A DNA stretch of 63,888 bases, filler included, from Octopus bimaculoides (lineage: Eukaryota), in assembly GCF_001194135.2 (NCBI RefSeq). It is 7 parts of 6 records of this genome, joined end to end, with 100 filler letters (N's around TTAATTAATTAA, not from the genome) between each part and the next. Parts side by side here need not be neighbours in the genome. Positions count along the whole stretch, not along the records: positions 58,192 to 61,651 come from NC_069002.1; positions 61,752 to 63,888 come from NW_026417547.1; 5 more parts are not named here. One strand, 5' to 3'. Position numbers and translations under genes: made by a program. The stretch's first letter is position 1, and every line of letters starts with the position of its first letter. A model generated the notes under the pieces. That model was not told the origin of the DNA. It ran no database searches and saw only the letters and a list, made by a program, of their open reading frames with translations. This document shows, piece after piece, positions 60,070 through 63,888 of this stretch.

Positions 60070-61542
60070 ATACGTGTGTGTAGATAAGTGTGTGTTTTGT
60101 ATGGAAGCCAATGTTAACACAGAAGTATGTAACGCACAACAAATCAGAAAAATTTCACGTGGTGAATAGGAGGTAACTTCGGCTCAATGATTAATACTGT
60201 AACGCTTATTTTGGCACGCACAGGGCATCATACATGTTTCTGCTTATTACAAATTTTCTATAAAACAGATATTTCACGATATTAGCAGAAGCAGTGGCGA
60301 TATAATCATCAAATATTTGACGAATATTCTACACAAATTAACTTGTCAATTCGTACCGTATGCCTAGAATTTAATCATGACCATTTTCAATATTGTCTAA
60401 TTATTCAAGTGTTTTACTTATATACCTTAACCTAGTGATATCCATTTCTTCACAATGATAGCTATGACAATTGCTCTCAGGTAATATCTTATTTGACTGG
60501 TTTTATTTCTAATTTTGCGGAGTATCTTTCCTCACTAGGCATGCCAAACAGGTCAAGCCGTTTCAATTCGAAGAAGGTATATAGTGACCAGAAGCAAATG
60601 TCTATCAGCCTCTGATGGAAATTATACTTATCGGACAATAATTCTATAATAGTAGATGTCAGCACTTAACAAATTACAAAATAAGTTACTCGGTTTGGTA
60701 AAGAAAAATCAATAACGAAATTAGTGTTCACATTTTTAATGGAATTAACATTAAACATTCAATTAGTAAAATTAGAATTATATCGCGAGAACTAGAACTC
60801 AAATCAATAATTAATATGGAATCGTTTCGGGAAGTACGGAAGGCAATTTCAGACAATCTTAGTTCTTATCAGACTTTCGCTGAGGAAACAAATCCCGCTT
60901 TGTTGGCTGAAATGGTGATAAGACTTTCAACAAGTAAAACTAAAAGATATCGTCCACTAGCGGCTGGAAAACATCGACATGTTTAAATACATCAGTCACA
61001 GACAAACTCTACAAGGTAAACAACAATTATCTTAGGGTTAACATAGACATGATTTGCCGAGGTTTTGTAATAAAAGTGAAACATAAACACTGTTCCCTCC
61101 CTCTTTTAGCAACAGAAAAAATAATAAGTACTGAATATATTGATTATTGGAAAAGACTTTCACTCTTCGGGCCTACACTCTTTTACAGAAAGGGATGAAA
61201 GAGAACAATTGGAGTGAGAGATAGAGAAGAAGACCGAAAGATATCATCCAATAAAAGGGGAGACAACAGTGACCCGGCTGAAAGTGGGAAGCGCAGTGCG
61301 TCTGTTTGTGAGAATGGTATGAGTGAGCATATATGTGTGGGATGAGGGTGACAAGCGCTTGTGCATGTATGAGGTGGGCGAGCTTCAAATTATGTGACCC
61401 TGTGCATGCGGATGGAAGCATGTGTGTGTGTGTGTATAAATAAAAAAAAGTGCATGCACTGTGTAAGAGATGCGTGTTCCGTGTATTTATGTGTGTAGAG
61501 AGATAGTCAGATAGATAGACATATAGATAGATAGATAGATTG

Positions 61543-61574
<32 letters not shown>

Positions 61575-61751
61575 TTATATCTATATCTATGTATCTATGT
61601 ATCTATCTACCTATTTATATCAATCTCTCACTCTCACTCTCTCTCTCTCGCNNNNNNNNNNNNNNNNNNNNNNNNNNNNNNNNNNNNNNNNNNNNTTAAT
61701 TAATTAANNNNNNNNNNNNNNNNNNNNNNNNNNNNNNNNNNNNNNNNNNNN

Positions 61752-61975
61752 GGATGTTTGGACAAGATGTTTAATTTAAGTCTCCCTAAGGAGCCCTTGT
61801 GACAGTCTACAGCAGGCTGATAGAAGATGGAGTTTGGTTTCTTTTCAATGTAGTTGTCCAGGTGTTCTTTGAACCTATCATTGATACTCCTAGAAGTCTC
61901 ACCAATGTATGATTCTATCATGTATAAAGGGTCACGTTACACAGTTGGGCGGGGATTTTAGTTATCGCGTGTATG
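61752..61975 (-). mobile_element. Penelope-like GIY-YIG endonuclease fragment
   Basis: ESYIGETSRSINDRFKEH matches YIGETxRxLxxRxxEH. Confidence 0.8.
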
Positions 61976-62336
61976 AGGGAAAAGAAGACTGCAGCTGGTA
62001 GTGGGCGTGTAGTTTAGCTGAATTGGAGGAGTGGTATGAGAAGAGGAGGAGTGAGCTGGAGATAAAGAAACAGAGAACAGAAGAGGCAGGGAGAGAAAGC
62101 GCGGGAAAGATAGGGAGGAACTAGAGATGTGAATTAAAGAGAAAAGGTGAGATGCAAATAGAGAGAGAGAAGGAGTTATTTGATATGCGAAAACGAGAAA
62201 ATGTTTGTAGGTGGAAAAAAGAAAGATAGTGTATGTGTTAGAGAGAGAGAAAAGAAGAGAAATGAAGATATACAGAAAGATATAACACTCGCGAAAGTGA
62301 GGCTGATAATCGCGGTTGTTAATATGCCGATGGTCA

Positions 62337-62566
62337 AGGCGGCGAGCTGGCGGAATCGTTAGCACGCCGGGCGAAATGCTTAGCGGTATTTCTTCTGCCG
62401 TTACGTTCTGAGTTCAAATTCCGCCGAGGTCGACTTTGCCTTGCATTCTTTCGAGATCGTTCAATTAAGTACCAGTTGCGTACTGGAGTCGAGCTAATCG
62501 ACTGCCCCACCCCCACCCACCGCTCTCCTCAAAAATTTCGGGCCTTGTGCCTAGCGTAGAAAAGAA
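62337..62566 (+). mobile_element. SINE family B, near consensus
   Basis: AGGCGGCGAGCTGGCGGAATCGTTAGCACGCCGGGCGAAATGCTTAGCGG..GAGTTCAAATTCCGCCGAGGTCGACTTTGCC. Confidence 0.9.
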
Positions 62567-63544
62567 TGTCGATGGTCGTTTCTCTGTCACTGTTTTAAAG
62601 ACTCGGAAGATATATTTTGACGCAATAATAATAATAATAATATTAGTAATAATNNNNNNNNNNNNNNNNNNNNNNNNNNNNNNNNNNNNNNNNNNNNNNN
62701 NNNNNNNNNNNNNNNNNNNNNNNNNNNNNNNNNNNNNNNNNNNNNNNNNNNNNNNNNNNNNNNNNNNNNNNNNNNNNNNNNNNNNNNNNNNNNNNNNNNN
62801 NNNNNNNNNNNNNNNNNNNNNNNNNNNNNNNNNNNNNNNNNNNNNNNNNNNNNNNNNNNNNNNNNNNNNNNNNNNNNNNNNNNNNNNNNNNNNNNNNNNN
62901 NNNNNNNNNNNNNNNNNNNNNNNNNNNNNNNNNNNNNNNNNNNNNNNNNNNNNNNNNNNNNNNNNNNNNNNNNNNNNNNNNNNNNNNNNNNNNNNNNNNN
63001 NNNNNNNNNNNNNNNNNNNNNNNNNNNNNNNNNNNNNNNNNNNNNNNNNNNNNNNNNNNNNNNNNNNNNNNNNNNNNNNNNNNNNNNNNNNNNNNNNNNN
63101 NNNNNNNNNNNNNNNNNNNNNNNNNNNNNNNNNNNNNNNNNNNNNNNNNNNNNNNNNNNNNNNNNNNNNNNNNNNNNNNNNNNNNNNNNNNNNNNNNNNN
63201 NNNNNNNNNNNNNNNNNNNNNNNNNNNNNNNNNNNNNNNNNNNNNNNNNNNNNNNNNNNNNNNNNNNNNNNNNNNNNNNNNNNNNNNNNNNNNNNNNNNN
63301 NNNNNNNNNNNNNNNNNNNNNNNNNNNNNNNNNNNNNNNNNNNNNNNNNNNNNNNNNNNNNNNNNNNNNNNNNNNNNNNNNNNNNNNNNTTTTAAGCATC
63401 ATTTTCATGAATGAACACGTAAGGAAAAAGAAAATCGCTCATGTCTGCAAACATGAACGCAAGGCATGGCGGTGAGGGTTACGAGTTCGTTTCGCAGCCA
63501 AGTAGTTCCGGAGTGTGTGGCACCGTTAGACGCTTTTATATATC

Positions 63545-63888
63545 TTTTATCTTTTACTTTGTTTCAGTCATTATACCGTGGCCATGCTGGGGCACCGCCT
63601 TGAAGAATTTTTAATCGAATGAATCGACCCAAGATTTCTTTCTTTTTTTTTTTTTGTAAGCCTGGTACTTAGTTTTAAGCTTGGTTCTTTTGCCGAACTG
63701 CTAAGTTACGAAACGCGGACGGAAACACACCAAGACCGGTTGTCAAGCGGTAGTGGAGGGACAAACAAATGCACACGCACACATACATGTATGTATATGT
63801 GTGTATATTTATACTCTTTTACTCTTCTTTCAGTCATTTGTTTTACTTGTTTCAGTCAGTTGACTGTGGCCATGCTGGAGCACCGCCT
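63545..63888 (-). mobile_element. Two SINE-A 3' halves in tandem
   Basis: TTTCAGTCAT..GGCCATGCTGG(G/A)GCACCGCC occurs at ~63560 and ~63850. Confidence 0.8.

Noticed and set aside
60720-60986. ~90-codon + strand open frame (…MESFREVRKAISDNLSSYQTFAEETNPALLAEMVIRL…*)
   Set aside because: No recognisable motif or convincing splice sites; could be chance or a TE relic.
9744-63408. Long ORFs in the supplied track (250-380 aa) made of X runs
   Set aside because: They are open only because they cross N gaps.

Overview
AT-rich, gap-riddled eukaryotic genomic DNA. The SINE families, microsatellite load and repeat types point to a cephalopod, probably an octopus (inference, recognised from memory). 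Only one host gene is well supported: the 3' half of a + strand SLC5 sodium:solute symporter of the SLC5A5/6/8/12 (NIS/SMVT/SMCT) subfamily, with exons at 39139-39296, 40214-40380 and 42467-42567, probable exons at 45173-45252 and 47021-47060, one phase-required exon missing (probably in a gap), and no 5' exons visible. The rest is mostly mobile DNA: two tRNA-type SINE families, R4/Dong-like RLE LINE fragments abutting (TAA)n, a decayed RTE LINE, Penelope-like element (PLE) remnants, mariner and maT (DD37D) transposons, hAT/mariner MITEs, foldback elements, non-autonomous Helitrons and possible gag fragments. The most interesting signal is a set of type-I hammerhead ribozyme folds found by hand: 2577-2653 (+) and 15903-16017 (-) with intact cores, plus a variant pair at 1638-1727 (+) and 8680-8803 (-). 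The first lies inside a ~489-nt tandem/inverted unit resembling a PLE pLTR or a retrozyme. No CRISPR array, rRNA or real tRNA was found. Most entries in the ORF track are artefacts of N runs and microsatellites. All alignments and folds were done by eye; nothing was database-searched.
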